A stretch of DNA of 59,002 nt, counting the filler, from Sphacelaria rigidula (taxonomy: Eukaryota), in NCBI GenBank assembly GCA_964200075.2. It is 6 parts of 6 records of this genome, joined end to end, with 100 filler letters (N's around TTAATTAATTAA, not from the genome) between each part and the next. Parts side by side here need not be neighbours in the genome. Positions count along the whole stretch, not along the records: positions 29,555 to 39,304 come from CAXNAA020007844.1; positions 39,405 to 49,154 come from CAXNAA020007845.1; 4 more parts are not named here. The stretch is one strand, 5' to 3'. Position numbers and translations under genes: made by a program. Positions 35,995-48,112 of this stretch are shown here, piece by piece (the stretch's first letter is position 1; each line of letters begins with the position of its first letter). Below the pieces are notes generated by a model that had not been told where the DNA came from, did no database searches, and saw only the letters and a list, made by a program, of their open reading frames with translations.

Positions 35995-36806
35995 CGGTTC
36001 AGGGGCAAGGTGGCCGAGAAGCCGTTGCCAGTGAAGCAGGAGAGGTATCGACGCCGAAAAAAAAAACTTCCGCCAAGAATCCAGGAAAGGAAGAGGCCGC
36101 ACAGGAGACTAAGGCGCCTTCAATCAGCAGTAAAATAGGGGAGTCGACCGGGCTAGGTCCTGCTCCAACCGACGCACCCGGGGTAAGTGGTGATGCCTCT
36201 CAAACGAGATCACCTGTCAAAAATGAAATCAAGCAGCCAGGTGCAGGAGAGACAGCTTTGCAAGGAGACCGGGGAGAAGGCCCGTCCGTGGCGAAAACTA
36301 CGGCTGGTGTTGGTGCTGCACCTACCACAGGCAGTAATTTATCGGGAGAAGGGAGAAGCGAAGGAGCGGGGGATTTCAAGTCGGGGCCGAAAGTAGAGGG
36401 CAAGTCAGGACTGTTAGAAGAGAATAGGGCAGAAAAGACAGCAGAGGGAATATCGCTGCCTCGAGGTGAAGTCGGCGGTCAAGTGGAAGGTGCAGGTTCT
36501 CACGGACGCACGGAAGGTAAGGCCGAGCGAGGAGGTCAAGAGAAGAACAAGGAACGCTCGGCGGGGAGCACTGCCGTCAAAGGTGAAGCAAGCGCGAAAG
36601 ATGGAAGCGTGACAAAGTCTGCATCTCGTTCTCCGAGCAAGGCAACAGGTGATGGGAAACGAGAGGCAGGCGGAGGAGGAATAGAAAAGGCGGTGCTGGC
36701 TATGTCTGAGCTGTCCATCATGCAGAAGTTGCTCCTGCCGCCTGCAGAAGTGATGTGCATGGATGGCACAGATTCGGTCGAAGGGGACAAATTGCTCAAG
36801 GAAAAT
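35995..36806 (+). CDS. BRE1: Exon 4 of BRE1-like protein (low-complexity G/E/K/S insert)
   Basis: cccag|CG GTT...GAA AAT|gtgagt, 812 nt open. Confidence 0.6.
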
Positions 36807-38900
36807 GTGAGTAAATACATTGTTTTGGTGTTGTGCCGAGTCAATGAACCAATTTTGTTGATGCTCAGGGTGTAATGTATTTTTATGTTCTTGTTCGAGA
36901 TAGCGCGTTTCAAGCATCGCGTACATTGGCGAGACCTACGTCTCGTGCCCATGAGCGTGGTGTGAACGTACGTTGTGTGCGTCTCGGTTGCGACCCACTT
37001 GCGCATATACAAGGATTGAGTGCACGCACGTCTCGTCTCTTTCAGTGACGTTTCATTCCCGCTTTATCCCGCACCTGGTCATGCTCCAGGATCTGCAAGT
37101 CTCCGGCCCATGTATCCTCTTTTTATTTCGCACACGTCGAACGAATCCTCGTCTTGGCCGTTCGACTCCGAGTGATTGATTCAGTCGAGGAAACCTTCAA
37201 AATGAATCGTGATCGGTCGAGTCAGCTCGCCCCCTCTTTTTTTCCAATTGATCGTATGCCTCGAGCCAGCCTGCACTTCATTTTTTCAACTAAGCGCACC
37301 ACTGAAGCCAGCTTATCTCTCATTAGCCCGGACTAGTCGCATGACTCGTCAGTCAGACTCGTCCCCATTCTCTTCCGAGTCAGTCGTGATGGCTCGAGGC
37401 GGGATCGTCCTCGTCCTCGCGCTTTGGTCGTGCTTACTGGAGTCAGAGTTATTTCCCACTTTGAACGCTTTTCATGTTCCAGACAGGCCCTGACTACCCG
37501 ACCGACCGTATAGGTGGTTCGATCTTGCGTGAAATTTCTTTGCAACAGAGTACACTTCTCACGTAACCATCGTTGACCCGGACGGCGAAAGTGTAGATAT
37601 CGCAAGATCACTCTTGAACCGGACAACCCTTTACATCGGTGGAGGAAAAAAAAAAAACAAGTAATTCCTTTGAGCCGTGATGAATTGGTGGATATGTGTA
37701 CAAGATTGCGAACCGGAATATAATTTTCCGGGACTGCAAACATCGGTATGCTCAACCGTAACCAGAATCGGTAGAACCCACATTGGAATTCTGAAGTGGC
37801 ACGCTCGGCACTGAGACTGGCGCTGACATGACGACCAGACACGATGGACCAATCCTGGTCGCTCCGGAAATGCAAACGACTGATCAAATCACGTGGCCAT
37901 GTTTTGCGCCGGGCGGCAAACGTGGAATTTCACGAACCCATCTACTGAAGCGAACAAAAGTCTCACATGAGAAATATTCCAATTTTTCTGAATCGATTCA
38001 GAAGCATAGAACTGGAATGCGTTATGCCGGTCATGTGTAAAGCCTTGCCCATTTTTTCCGTCGTGATGACTTCAGTCAGCTGCCTCCCTAGATTTGTGAA
38101 CTTGTCGTATGACTGGACTCATCACTACTTAGAGACTCGTTTGACGTGTGTATTTTTGCTACCTATTTAGCCGTGTTGATCTAATGTAGGATTCCTATTG
38201 AATTTTTGTTCTTGTCACGCAGGTAGACTCGTTTGTTCGCGTGCTCTGTGTTCTGGCGATTGATCATTATTATGCACAACGCCTGTCTTAATATCTACCA
38301 ACTTCGGCTGCATTCCATACGGATCAGTTTATGTGCGATGATCAATCAGTCACTCGAAAAGTCGCCAACTGGGTGGATGTGCATTTGATCGTTTCCCATC
38401 AAGCACTAGATCCTCAGACTGTGTGCTCATATCCTTTGTCGACTTGCCTCTCTTCGCCCGTGTGCGTAATTTTACGGCACGCCCAGAAATAGCGAACGAA
38501 GCTGTGTCAAACGCGTGTCCGTTCGTCCGTTGTCTTATGGGTTCTTATCCTCTACATTTGCAATCTGATGTCTCTTGATCATTGTATGTTTACTTGTCAT
38601 CTTTTACGTTGGCCTCATATCCGTGGCACGCAGTTGCCCTCTCCTGCAAGTTCTAAAGCACAGGGTAAAGATTCTAGCACAAAGCACGTTCGGTCATTTT
38701 CCGTATGCCTAGTTCTTGGTTTGTCTCTGTTCTTCCATCTGTACTCGCAAAGATCAATTTGCCTTCACTTTATGTGTCAGTTCCTCAATACGCTTGTTTT
38801 TTTTTTTCTTTGTTCCCGTTCTCTTGTTCACTTATTCAGTTTCAGTTGGTCATCTTCCATTGTCCTTGTTTTGTACTATTTCGTATCCACTGCACAACAG

Positions 38901-39155
38901 TCCTCTTCAAGTAGCAAAAAAAACGACAAGGCGTCCGGCAGCAAAGGCAGCGCCAGGTCTTTGCTAGGGTGCATAGCCGGCACCAGCAGTGCCCTGTACG
39001 ACGTAGACGCGGACGGGTACGGCTTGAGCAGCCGGGAAAACGTGAAGGATCTGGTGCCTGCTAGCGTGGTGGATGTGGAGAGCGTGCAGAAAGGACTGCA
39101 GGAAAAGGCCAGGCTCACGGCGGAATTCGCCGGAAGGCTGTTCCAAGCGATGCAA
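38901..39155 (+). CDS. BRE1: Downstream exon of BRE1-like protein
   Basis: caacag|SSSSSKK...VESVQKGLQEKARLTAEFAGRLFQAMQ|gtaagt, phase 0. A small extra exon at ~38634-38687 is possible. Confidence 0.6.
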
Positions 39156-39304
39156 GTAAGTCAGTTGTTGCCGCGATCGCTGCCACTTTTCCCGCTAGTG
39201 ATTCTGACATACAATTCTGGTGTAGGCCGCTCCTTATAACAGACAAAAATAAAAATCTGGAAGGTGCCTTTTTGGAGTTTTTACGTCGTTTTACGCCCCA
39301 AAAG

Positions 39305-39404
39305 NNNNNNNNNNNNNNNNNNNNNNNNNNNNNNNNNNNNNNNNNNNNTTAATTAATTAANNNNNNNNNNNNNNNNNNNNNNNNNNNNNNNNNNNNNNNN
39401 NNNN
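39305..39404. other. Artificial contig linker
   Basis: N44-TTAATTAATTAA-N44. Confidence 0.98.
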
Positions 39405-39834
39405 CCTGTGCATACGACAGCTGTCGGTGCGTGCCGCGCACTCGTCGGTACCCGATGACTCGCAGGAGGAGTCGGTGATATATAGTGCCCGAAATTGGGC
39501 CCTATTCACCCCCATAACTGTACTGCCAAACCTTTGAGTGTTGTCCACCCAGTTCAGAAAACACTAGCCCACCTAAAATTCGCTTTGATTCAACTATGCC
39601 CAGATATATATCTTTTTTGCATTCCTACGGCAAGTCAGTGGAGGATTATGGTAGACGCAATCCCCGCAGCGCTGCCTTGAACCAAACAGGGTGAAGTATA
39701 AGCAGATCGCCATGATATCCGTGTGCGTCGACACTCACGTGGGTGAGGTCAACGTGTGGAGTAGCATTGGTAAACACGTCGAGAGGACCTGACGAAGGTA
39801 ATTGACTCTTGAATCTAGATCTGCACGCATTCAG

Positions 39835-40144
39835 GTTTCTGCTAGCTTGCTGTGGCGATGGGTTGGTTCGAGTCTTCAACCCGAGTACCAGCGCGACAGT
39901 GTCCGTACTCGTGTCTACGGCGATCAATACTCAAGCGCGGGAACCGAACGGCTATAGCCAAAACGACGGTGGCAACAGTACCAGAGGGGACAGCAGCGCT
40001 ACGACACCTGCACGGCGACGGGACAGCAGAATCCGGGGATCGCTCGATTTAGCCACCACTGCTCCCGCCGTAGCTGCTGCAGCGACTGCGGAGGCAACGG
40101 TACGACTTCCGTCCACTTGTGCAGTCTTTCGTCCGTGTGGAAAG
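39835..40144 (+). CDS. WD40-repeat protein exon
   Basis: ttcag|G FLLACCGDGLVRVFNP...RLPSTCAVFRPCGK|gtcagt. Confidence 0.75.
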
Positions 40145-40790
40145 GTCAGTCATGAACTAGTGTGCCCGGTGTTGCGCATGAGGATACTCTGTACGGGCGG
40201 TATCGGATGTGTGTTCCCATAGCGCTGCAGTATGGTAGATTCATCCCACGACGCAAAGTATTGCGCGGAATGCGCAACTCCCACAGTTGGACCTGGTCAA
40301 TCATCATCTCTGACAACGTCGTCGATCTTCTGCGGCGCGAAATACATGAGTCCCGCGAGAGCAAGCGTTTGTCGACGCAATGGCTTTGGACGTTTGGATC
40401 TTTTGGTGCGAATACGCCCGCAGCATCGTCGAGTTGGCCGTCACGTCCTCTCGATGCTCCCTGGCCTTTACGGTCGTGCACTACGGACATTTGTAAAGAG
40501 AGCACTGTCGGAAACTGGGCACATTGAGAAACCACGAGAGTACCCTCGTCCGCGCGGTGAATTACCACATGTTCCCCGAGCACGTACTACACTCGCCATA
40601 TATCATACTATTTGCGTCGAATGATCCAAATCGTCGTTCGCTCAAACAAGACATCCCGTTGTTTTAGTTGTTACACGGCGGGGGATATTTCCTCCGTGAA
40701 CAATGTTTGCGAAGCTTCTCATCATCCGACCTTTGAAATCAATCCAAGCGAAATTCGCATTCTCCTTTCCTTCCCATAAACGCAAAACAG

Positions 40791-40871
40791 CTGAAGGAGA
40801 AGACAAGCGGTGTGGCGCTCGTGGGGTACTCCAGCGGGGAGATACAGCTCTGGCACGTGCCATCAGCGAAG
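40791..40871 (+). CDS. WD40-repeat protein exon
   Basis: aacag|LKEKTSGVALVGYSSGEIQLWHVPSAK|gtgata. Confidence 0.75.
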
Positions 40872-41381
40872 GTGATACAGCTGGGCTGAGGTCGAATGCA
40901 GAGCACACTCTGCTTGTGTGTGCTGCGCTCGCCGCCTATACCGCCTGGCCACAGCACAGTAAGGATTTAATGTCTCTTACTCCACTCCGTCGCCTCACAA
41001 ATGTGTGTCTTGAAAGGTTCCGAGTGTCAAATGTGCTGTACCTTATATGCCCATTTTGATAGCCTTTCTCAATGAGTGATAGACCACAAAGTTCCTTAGC
41101 CTTAACGCAACGAAAAACAAAACAGTGTAGATAAGCACGATGCAGCACGACACAGAACCATAACGCTGGTTTGTGTGGAACACGGTTCAGAACGTAGCAT
41201 GGTAGCTACTGTAGATTGACAACGCTGGCTACCTGCCCGTATTGGCATTAGGCACCCCATATCGGAATAGAAACGGCCCGATCCAGGACTTCTTTCGTTC
41301 TCCGTACCGCTGTCACTTGAAAATACACACAACGGTTAGCTTTTACACAGACAAATGATAGAGACGCAAGGCGGAGCACAG

Positions 41382-41546
41382 CGTAAGCCGAAGCAGTCTT
41401 CGTTTTCGACTTCCGAGCGCCCGAGCTCGTACCAATCGCCAATAGGGGTGGAGGTGCTCTGTTGCGCCTACGCCGCGAATGGGGATAATTTCGCCGTCGG
41501 AGCTAGCGATGGGATAGTGAGGATTTACACCGACGATGGCAACAAG
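41382..41546 (+). CDS. WD40-repeat protein exon (5' boundary uncertain)
   Basis: ...EVLCCAYAANGDNFAVGASDGIVRIYTDDGNK|gtacct. Confidence 0.7.
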
Positions 41547-41908
41547 GTACCTTTTGACACGTGTGTGTGTATGTGTGTTTACTTTTGCAATCGTCAAGTG
41601 GTTGGTAAAATTATGTGTATCATCCAGCTGCAGCAACAACCGAGAGTGAAATGCTCAATACGGTGAGTTCCATGACGATGTTCACACTGTGAGCCTATGA
41701 TCGCGACGTGTTCATGCCTCGTAATCTGTAGTCTCTTGCTGATCGTTAGTCGGGAGCTATGTTTATTGGAGTGCACACGTGTTACCTTCACCTCGCCTTT
41801 CGAGACACCGTGTAGTAGCCAGGCATGACTGTATCTCGTACGCCAGACTCTCCCACTGACTCCAAATTCTTCTCGTTTTCTTTCTATGCGTGTGCAAAAA
41901 ACATTCAG

Positions 41909-42022
41909 GCTCTCATGGCAGAGCTGAAACCAGGCCTCGGAAGAGGGTCTGGCCACAGCAGCAGGGTCTTCAGCGTCAAGTTTCACCCTCAGAACTCAAA
42001 CATACTTGTCAGCGGTGGATGG
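41909..42022 (+). CDS. WD40-repeat protein exon
   Basis: ttcag|ALMAELKPGLGRGSGHSSRVFSVKFHPQNSNILVSGGW|gtgagt. Confidence 0.88.
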
Positions 42023-42536
42023 GTGAGTGAGCCTTTGGTCACCTAAGCTGACTTCTTCCTGATAATACGCTTTCCCATCACTGACAGTCGAAACGTCGAC
42101 ATCTCAAGTGACTGGCGTATATCTGCCCGGGAAATGACGGGTATAATAAGAAGTTGAATGCGCCAACCTTTGGAGATCTTCGATTACACATCTTCGAGGG
42201 GATGGGTGGAATGGTAGGAGGGTGCTCTTCCCGCAGAGGAAATCGACGATGAGTAATTAATGCGTTCGTATTTTTGCTTGGATATATTTTGTAGAGTTTT
42301 CCCCTATCTAGTAGCACCACCTCGCCTGGCTGGGTCATATCCTCCGCTGCCATCGCAATCGCTTGCTGTTTTGCAGTCAATCCCATGCTTCTGTGGTCCA
42401 CACTCGGGCCTCACTTTCTGTGGGGTAACACTAGAGCAATCGTTTTTTCTCCCATCATCCAAACCAATAACAGAAGTATCAACAACCAAACACAGATACC
42501 TAACGACAGTCACCCGCCCTTTTTGCCGGACATCAG

Positions 42537-42671
42537 GACAACTGTGTTCACGTGTGGGATGTGGCACGGAGGGAAACTACGCAGACACTGTTCGGGCCCC
42601 ACGTGTGCGGCGACGCAGTCGGTGTAGTGAATAGGACAATCCTCACAGGTTCCTGGAGAGACGAGGCACAG
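42537..42671 (+). CDS. WD40-repeat protein exon
   Basis: atcag|DNCVHVWDVARRETTQTLFGPHVCGDAVGVVNRTILTGSWRDEAQ|gtgagg. Confidence 0.88.
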
Positions 42672-43284
42672 GTGAGGTATCTAATGATCACATACATCGA
42701 TATGAGAACATACCTACCGTGGAATATATAGTGTTGCCGAAAACAGAGGGGTTCATGCGTGTGATATACGGCGACGCATTTCTATACTGCATGTTCAGTT
42801 TCATGGCACGGCGTCAAGCTGCCGACATATCGCTGTATGTCGGCATCAAAGTTATGTGTAATATTCTTTGAGGCCGGAAGCAACCTCTCGAGGTGACTAT
42901 TTTCGACCAACAACATGATTAAAAAATGCCTTTCCCGACAGCAGGGTGATACAACAGCTGAACGGAGCTGGAGCCTCTCTCCATCTGTATAGCCTGGGGT
43001 AGCGCAGCATAGCACGGTAGTGGAAAGTAGTAAAACTCAGTGTGGTGTAGCGGTGGAGTCGTGTAACTTAAAGCGATGTAGCGTGCAACGTTTTGTACGG
43101 TGGTGTAGTACAATATAGTGCAACAGTAGGACAATGTATTATCCTGAGTGCTGTAGTGAAATATTGCTACAGCTTCGCAGGGGCAACTGAGAAATGCCAT
43201 GTGAGCCCCATTAAAAATGTAAACTTTCCGGGCCGGGGTTGAACCATACGACGTCATCAACCGACAGCTGAGCTATTGAGATAG

Positions 43285-43310
43285 TTAACCCTTTTGGTAC
43301 TGGCAATGGG
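43285..43310 (+). mobile_element. piggyBac-like terminus (intronic)
   Basis: TTAA|CCCTTTTGGTACTGG. Confidence 0.5.
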
Positions 43311-44356
43311 AAAAAGTGCTGATTTCGAGGTACTGGTTTTTGAACGACATATGGTCAATTGTTTGCAGCTTCCACGCAGCACCATTTCGCCAAAGGCGTG
43401 TTTTTCAGACCCGCGCGGGTTCCAACTGCGGGTGAATCGCGTAAATATCGCACCTCAATCCTTCCACGACGTGTGGTGAGGGGATTTCTGTGTGCTCGGC
43501 CATACTACTTTGTTTCTGTGGCGTGGCTCAGCACGCTTGCCAAGCGTTGGGCGGGTATGACCTCCGACAATACTCTGGTGCGGGGCGTCATTGATATAAA
43601 AGTGTGCCCTAGTGCCACACGGGACTGCATACATGGAAAGTATACAGGTGGTGCTGATTTTATTTGTATGAAATTCATAGGCCGCGGTGCCGATTTTTGC
43701 TGTGTGCACAAAGTTGAACACACTTGACCCATTGCATTCCCCCATTGGATAATAACTAGTCCGACCGCACTGGGGCGACATTGTTTGGTGCGAGCATGAC
43801 GTAAAACGGTGGATTCTTCTGTGTCCTTCCGCCGTAAAGGTGGTTGTTGTCGGTAGTTTTTTTTTTTTTTTTCAGCGCTTGAAATAATGAAATAATGAAG
43901 CGTCTGGTCCTGGGACGGGAGGGGAAGGTTACCAAAGGATGAAGGGGTTCTGCGTTTTCCGCTGGAGCCTATCCCAACGAGTTCTGTTCGAGTAGCTACC
44001 GAGACGAATTCGTGTCGTCACCTGCAGACGTTTTTGTATTCCTCAAGATTCCTTGACCCACGGACCATTCGAACATCGGAGCAAACTTCGCTACAAGGGT
44101 CTCGGGGTCCTGGTTCCGAAGCTGGCGGCATTCAAGGTGGCAAATACATCACGAGCAGAAACAGCTCGAGGGAAGTACTTTCAACCAGGGGTCAAAACCA
44201 AGTGCACACACCAAGGCAGACTAGAACACACGATTGAGCACCCCAGCTTCGTACAGACATGTGTCACCACGATACGGTCGGAATGATACGTATGTCACCT
44301 TCCGAGCACAACGACGAGTACCGCCGTCTGAAAGAGCCTCGCTTCTGTCACTGCAG

Positions 44357-44466
44357 TTGGAAACATGGAACATGGACACCGGGAAACGGGACGGCCCAGC
44401 TTTTTGGAGTGGCTTCGGCAGCACCAACAGCGCCGGGGTACTGCACGGCGGAGCAGTAGCACGCAG
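44357..44466 (+). CDS. WD40-repeat protein exon with probable GC donor
   Basis: ctgcag|LETWNMDTGKRDGPAFW...AR AG|gcgagt; phase 2 matches the next exon. Confidence 0.7.
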
Positions 44467-44969
44467 GCGAGTCACTTAGTACCGCAGAAGATGGGGGTAT
44501 TGGGATGAGTGATCATGGGATCGCATGGGTTATTTTTGCGACTCTTGCGACTACAGAACTCGAATCCTTGCACTGTTGGGGCGAAGTATTTCGTCGAAAA
44601 TGATTGGGGAAGGGAGCGGGGGCAGATTACTCTACCCATTGTGGCGTTCGAATATCAATGCAGGCGGCGTCCTGAAAATACTCCTGACAACGAGGTAGTC
44701 AACGTCGCTAAGCAGTGATTCTCTTGTGCTCCCCTTCTCAAGAGTTCGTATCTGAATCCTATCGAAGATTCTCGATCGTACTGGACCGTTACTCAGATCG
44801 ATCTACAGTGTACTGTACTTGTTCTAGACGTACTCTGGAAAGTTAACATATTCAACGTCTCAACCGACAGCGGTTGCTCCGCGTAAAAACCAAACGACAC
44901 TTGCTACCTGCGCTGTGTTACTGAGCATTGCCTGGATAGTCTATGCCGAAGGCTATCCCTAACACCCCA

Positions 44970-47965
44970 ATGCAATTGAAACGAACAAGCTTGAGATTCT
45001 CTCGAAAGAGATCGAGAGAGAGACGGCAAGGAAGAGTGGATGGGGAAGTAAAGAGTGGACGGGTAAAGTACTAGTAGTGGTGGTATTCGGAGTTCGTGGC
45101 GATATGACTATATTATAGTTTAAAATGAAATGCGATGGAGTTGGACTATACTGTTTGGCAAGAGGAAAAGTAGAACGGGAGGGAGAACACTTCCCAGTCG
45201 TGCTAAGACAGAGCGCGAGCAAGGAGTGGGAAAGGATAGAGACAAGTAAGGTGTCGGTATGGGTTAGAAGAGTAGGGTGGAGAGTATGCACAGCTAATGG
45301 AACAACAAACCCAAGACGTAGTCCATGGGTAAACAGAGGGGGAGAGAGGCAGGAACAGGTGAGTGCCCGAAAGGGGAAGGGGAGGGGGCATAGCGGCCCG
45401 AAGCAAATAGACAAAGACCAACGCAGAAACGGGAAGAACAACCAAGCAAGGGAAACTGTAAGTGAAAGCGAAGGAAAGAGAATAGTAAACAACAAGAGAG
45501 CAGATAGTAAAGTTGAGAATAAGATCGTGGAACATGTGTGGGTTTGTCACGGACAAGTGCAAAAGAGAAGAGATAGCGCAACAAGTGAGTAAACACGACC
45601 TAGGCATAGTGGGAACCCAGGAGTCATGGGAGAAAGAGGGGGCGGAAATAGGAAAGCAAAGTTGAAGAGTACGCATGGATAGGCAAGAAGCGGAAGGGAT
45701 AGAAGTCCAAGAGCAGGGGAGCAGGGGGGATAGGATTATTAGTCAAGGAGTATTTGTGTGGCAGTATAGAAGTGATCGACGACACGAAGTTCGACGAGAG
45801 CATATGGACAAGGAAACCAAGGACTTCTTCGTAGGTAACATCTGTATGCCCCCAGAATCGAAGAGTAGGGTGGACGATATACGACGAAGGTTTGGAGAGT
45901 TAGCAGCAGATGGGCATAAGTATAAAATGCAAGGAGAAGTAATGTTAGTGGAAGGTTTTAATGCAAGGGCAGGAAGAGCAGGTCGACCGGATGATTTCAT
46001 TGGGCAATACGGGGAACGTAAGAAAAACACAAATGGGGTAGAAATGCTCAAGTTTCTCGAGCATAACGAGATGAAGGCGCTGAACGACAGAGCACAAAAA
46101 CCAGGGGCGAGCAGGATTTAGACCAAACCGTTGTTGCGTAGACCATGTGTTCACACAAGGTATGTTTGTTCAGGGTAGGAAATACCGTACTGTTTCTTTC
46201 TGGACGTGCAAAAGGCTTATGACACGGTATGGAGAAATGGGTTGTGGAAAAAATAGTAGGAAGCTGGGATTAGAGGAAATATGTGGAGAATCGTGAAGAG
46301 GATGACAGAATGTGCCAAAAGTACTCTGCTGCTAGACGGGGAAATATCGAAATATCGAAATATGTTACAAGAAGTCGCACAAGGATGTACGTTATCACCC
46401 ACTTTACTCAAGTCATTTAGAAATAACGTGATGATAGCAGTAAAAGTGGCAAAGCAAGGGGTCAAGGTGGGTAAAGATATGGTACCAGGTCTGATGTTGG
46501 CGGATGATTTTGTGGGGATTTCAGATACACCAGAAGGATTACAAAAACAGATAGACAAGGCGCGAAAATACGCTGGGAAATGGAGAGTGACAGCAAACAC
46601 CATCAAATGTGCGGTACTCGTCTGTAACGAAGATGAGAAAAATCCGGTAGAGTTCAAATGGAAGTGGGTAGAAGAGGAATTGCCGATCGTAGACCAGTAT
46701 ACATACCTTGGCGTGGAGATATCAAGAAACTGTTCTTGGGATGCCCACATAAACAAAGTACTAGAGAAGGGTGAGGAACAGATAGGCAGGATGGATGTGA
46801 TCCTTAGAGACCCGCGCCTAGACACTAGGATTAGGATATATATCCTGATGAACGCGATTGTATCAAAGCTAGAATATGCAGGCGAAGTATGGGAGGGGAA
46901 CGTGAAGTTGGTGAAGAAGTTGGAAACAGCACAGATTGCAGCAGCTAAGGAGATACTTGGGCGCTCGAAAACGCCGAGTAATACAGCATTGAGAGCAGAG
47001 TTGGGAATGCACTCACCTAAAGCAAACAGAAACATGAGAAAATTGCGATGGCAACATAGCGTGGAGAACATGCAGAAAAAGAGATTACCAGCTATGGTTG
47101 ATAAGGTTGTATGCAAAAAAAGTACGAAAGGGAAGGCTGGAATAAGGTTGAATGAAGAAGCCGAGAAAGTATGGAAAGAGATAGGAGGAAACCAAGACAA
47201 AATACTGTCCGTAAATGAAGGCACGGGGCACAAGACAAAAGTGAGAGATATGATAGAAATTAGAGGAAAAAGGAGCGCTGAGACGTAAAGTAGACAAGGG
47301 AGAACACCTGGAGATATACGTGGGGTTGAGAGCGGGGATAGGGATGAAAGCATATTTGCATGGTCCAATAGACGCTGCGAAAAATCTGAAACTGCGATTT
47401 CGGGTGGGGGACCTAGACTTGCTAGAAACAAGAAAGAGATATACCAGTCGTCGGAAGGAAGAGGAAGTAGAGAGACAGAACTGCCCCTGTGGCGAAGCAA
47501 TAGAGAGCAGAAGTCATATGTGGCAGAATGTGAACTACACAAGGACGAACGGGACGCGCCAGAGGGGGAAATGCGGGACGTGAACGAAGGTGGGATGAAA
47601 TCGTTTCATACATTAGACAGTAGGGAGAAAACGATGCCTATACCAGGAGATATATGGTGGCCAGAGACGGCGAAACAGGACGGGGATAAGACATGTAAGA
47701 GGTTCTTGTGTAATGTACGGAAGAAACGTAATGAGCGCCGGAATGTTGGAGACGTCTCTATTAGGAGTAGGAACGATGGTCCGTCTCGAGAGGGATGCGT
47801 GGTCAATGGTCAATCGACTAAGGAAAGCGACAAATTAGTACCTCCCCACCCCCCTCCTCCTTCTCCGTCTCGAAAGAGATGCGAGGTCAATGGTCAAACG
47901 ACTAAGGCAAGCAACAAATGAGTACGCACCTCCTCCCCTCCCCTCCCCTCCCCTCCCCGCCCCCT
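44970..47965 (+). mobile_element. Degenerate non-LTR retrotransposon (APE endonuclease + RT + C-terminal Cys/His knuckle), intronic
   Basis: EN: QESW, (G)FNARAG, NTNG..ML. RT: GFRPNRCCVDH, FLDVQKAYDTVWR, VAQGCTLSP, LADD, YTYLGV. C-terminal CPCG..ES.SH..EC. Stops/frameshifts, C-rich tail. Confidence 0.92.
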
Positions 47966-48018
47966 CCTTCATGTGTCCATGATTCAAACGTGAATGCGTT
48001 CGAACGGCGCGTTATCAG

Positions 48019-48112
48019 ATGTCGGCTGTATGCCGCCGTTTTGGGGGGTCCAGAGGAAAGTGAAGGTCGCTTTGTGGCGGCTGGAGGAGGAGACGGAGCT
48101 AACGAAGTAAAG
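48019..48112 (+). CDS. WD40-repeat protein exon
   Basis: atcag|A CRLYAAVLGGPEESEGRFVAAGGGDGANEVK|gtgagt. Confidence 0.8.

Noticed and set aside
46217..47542. 441-aa minus-strand ORF, the longest in the track
   Set aside because: Antisense shadow of the purine-rich LINE RT region.
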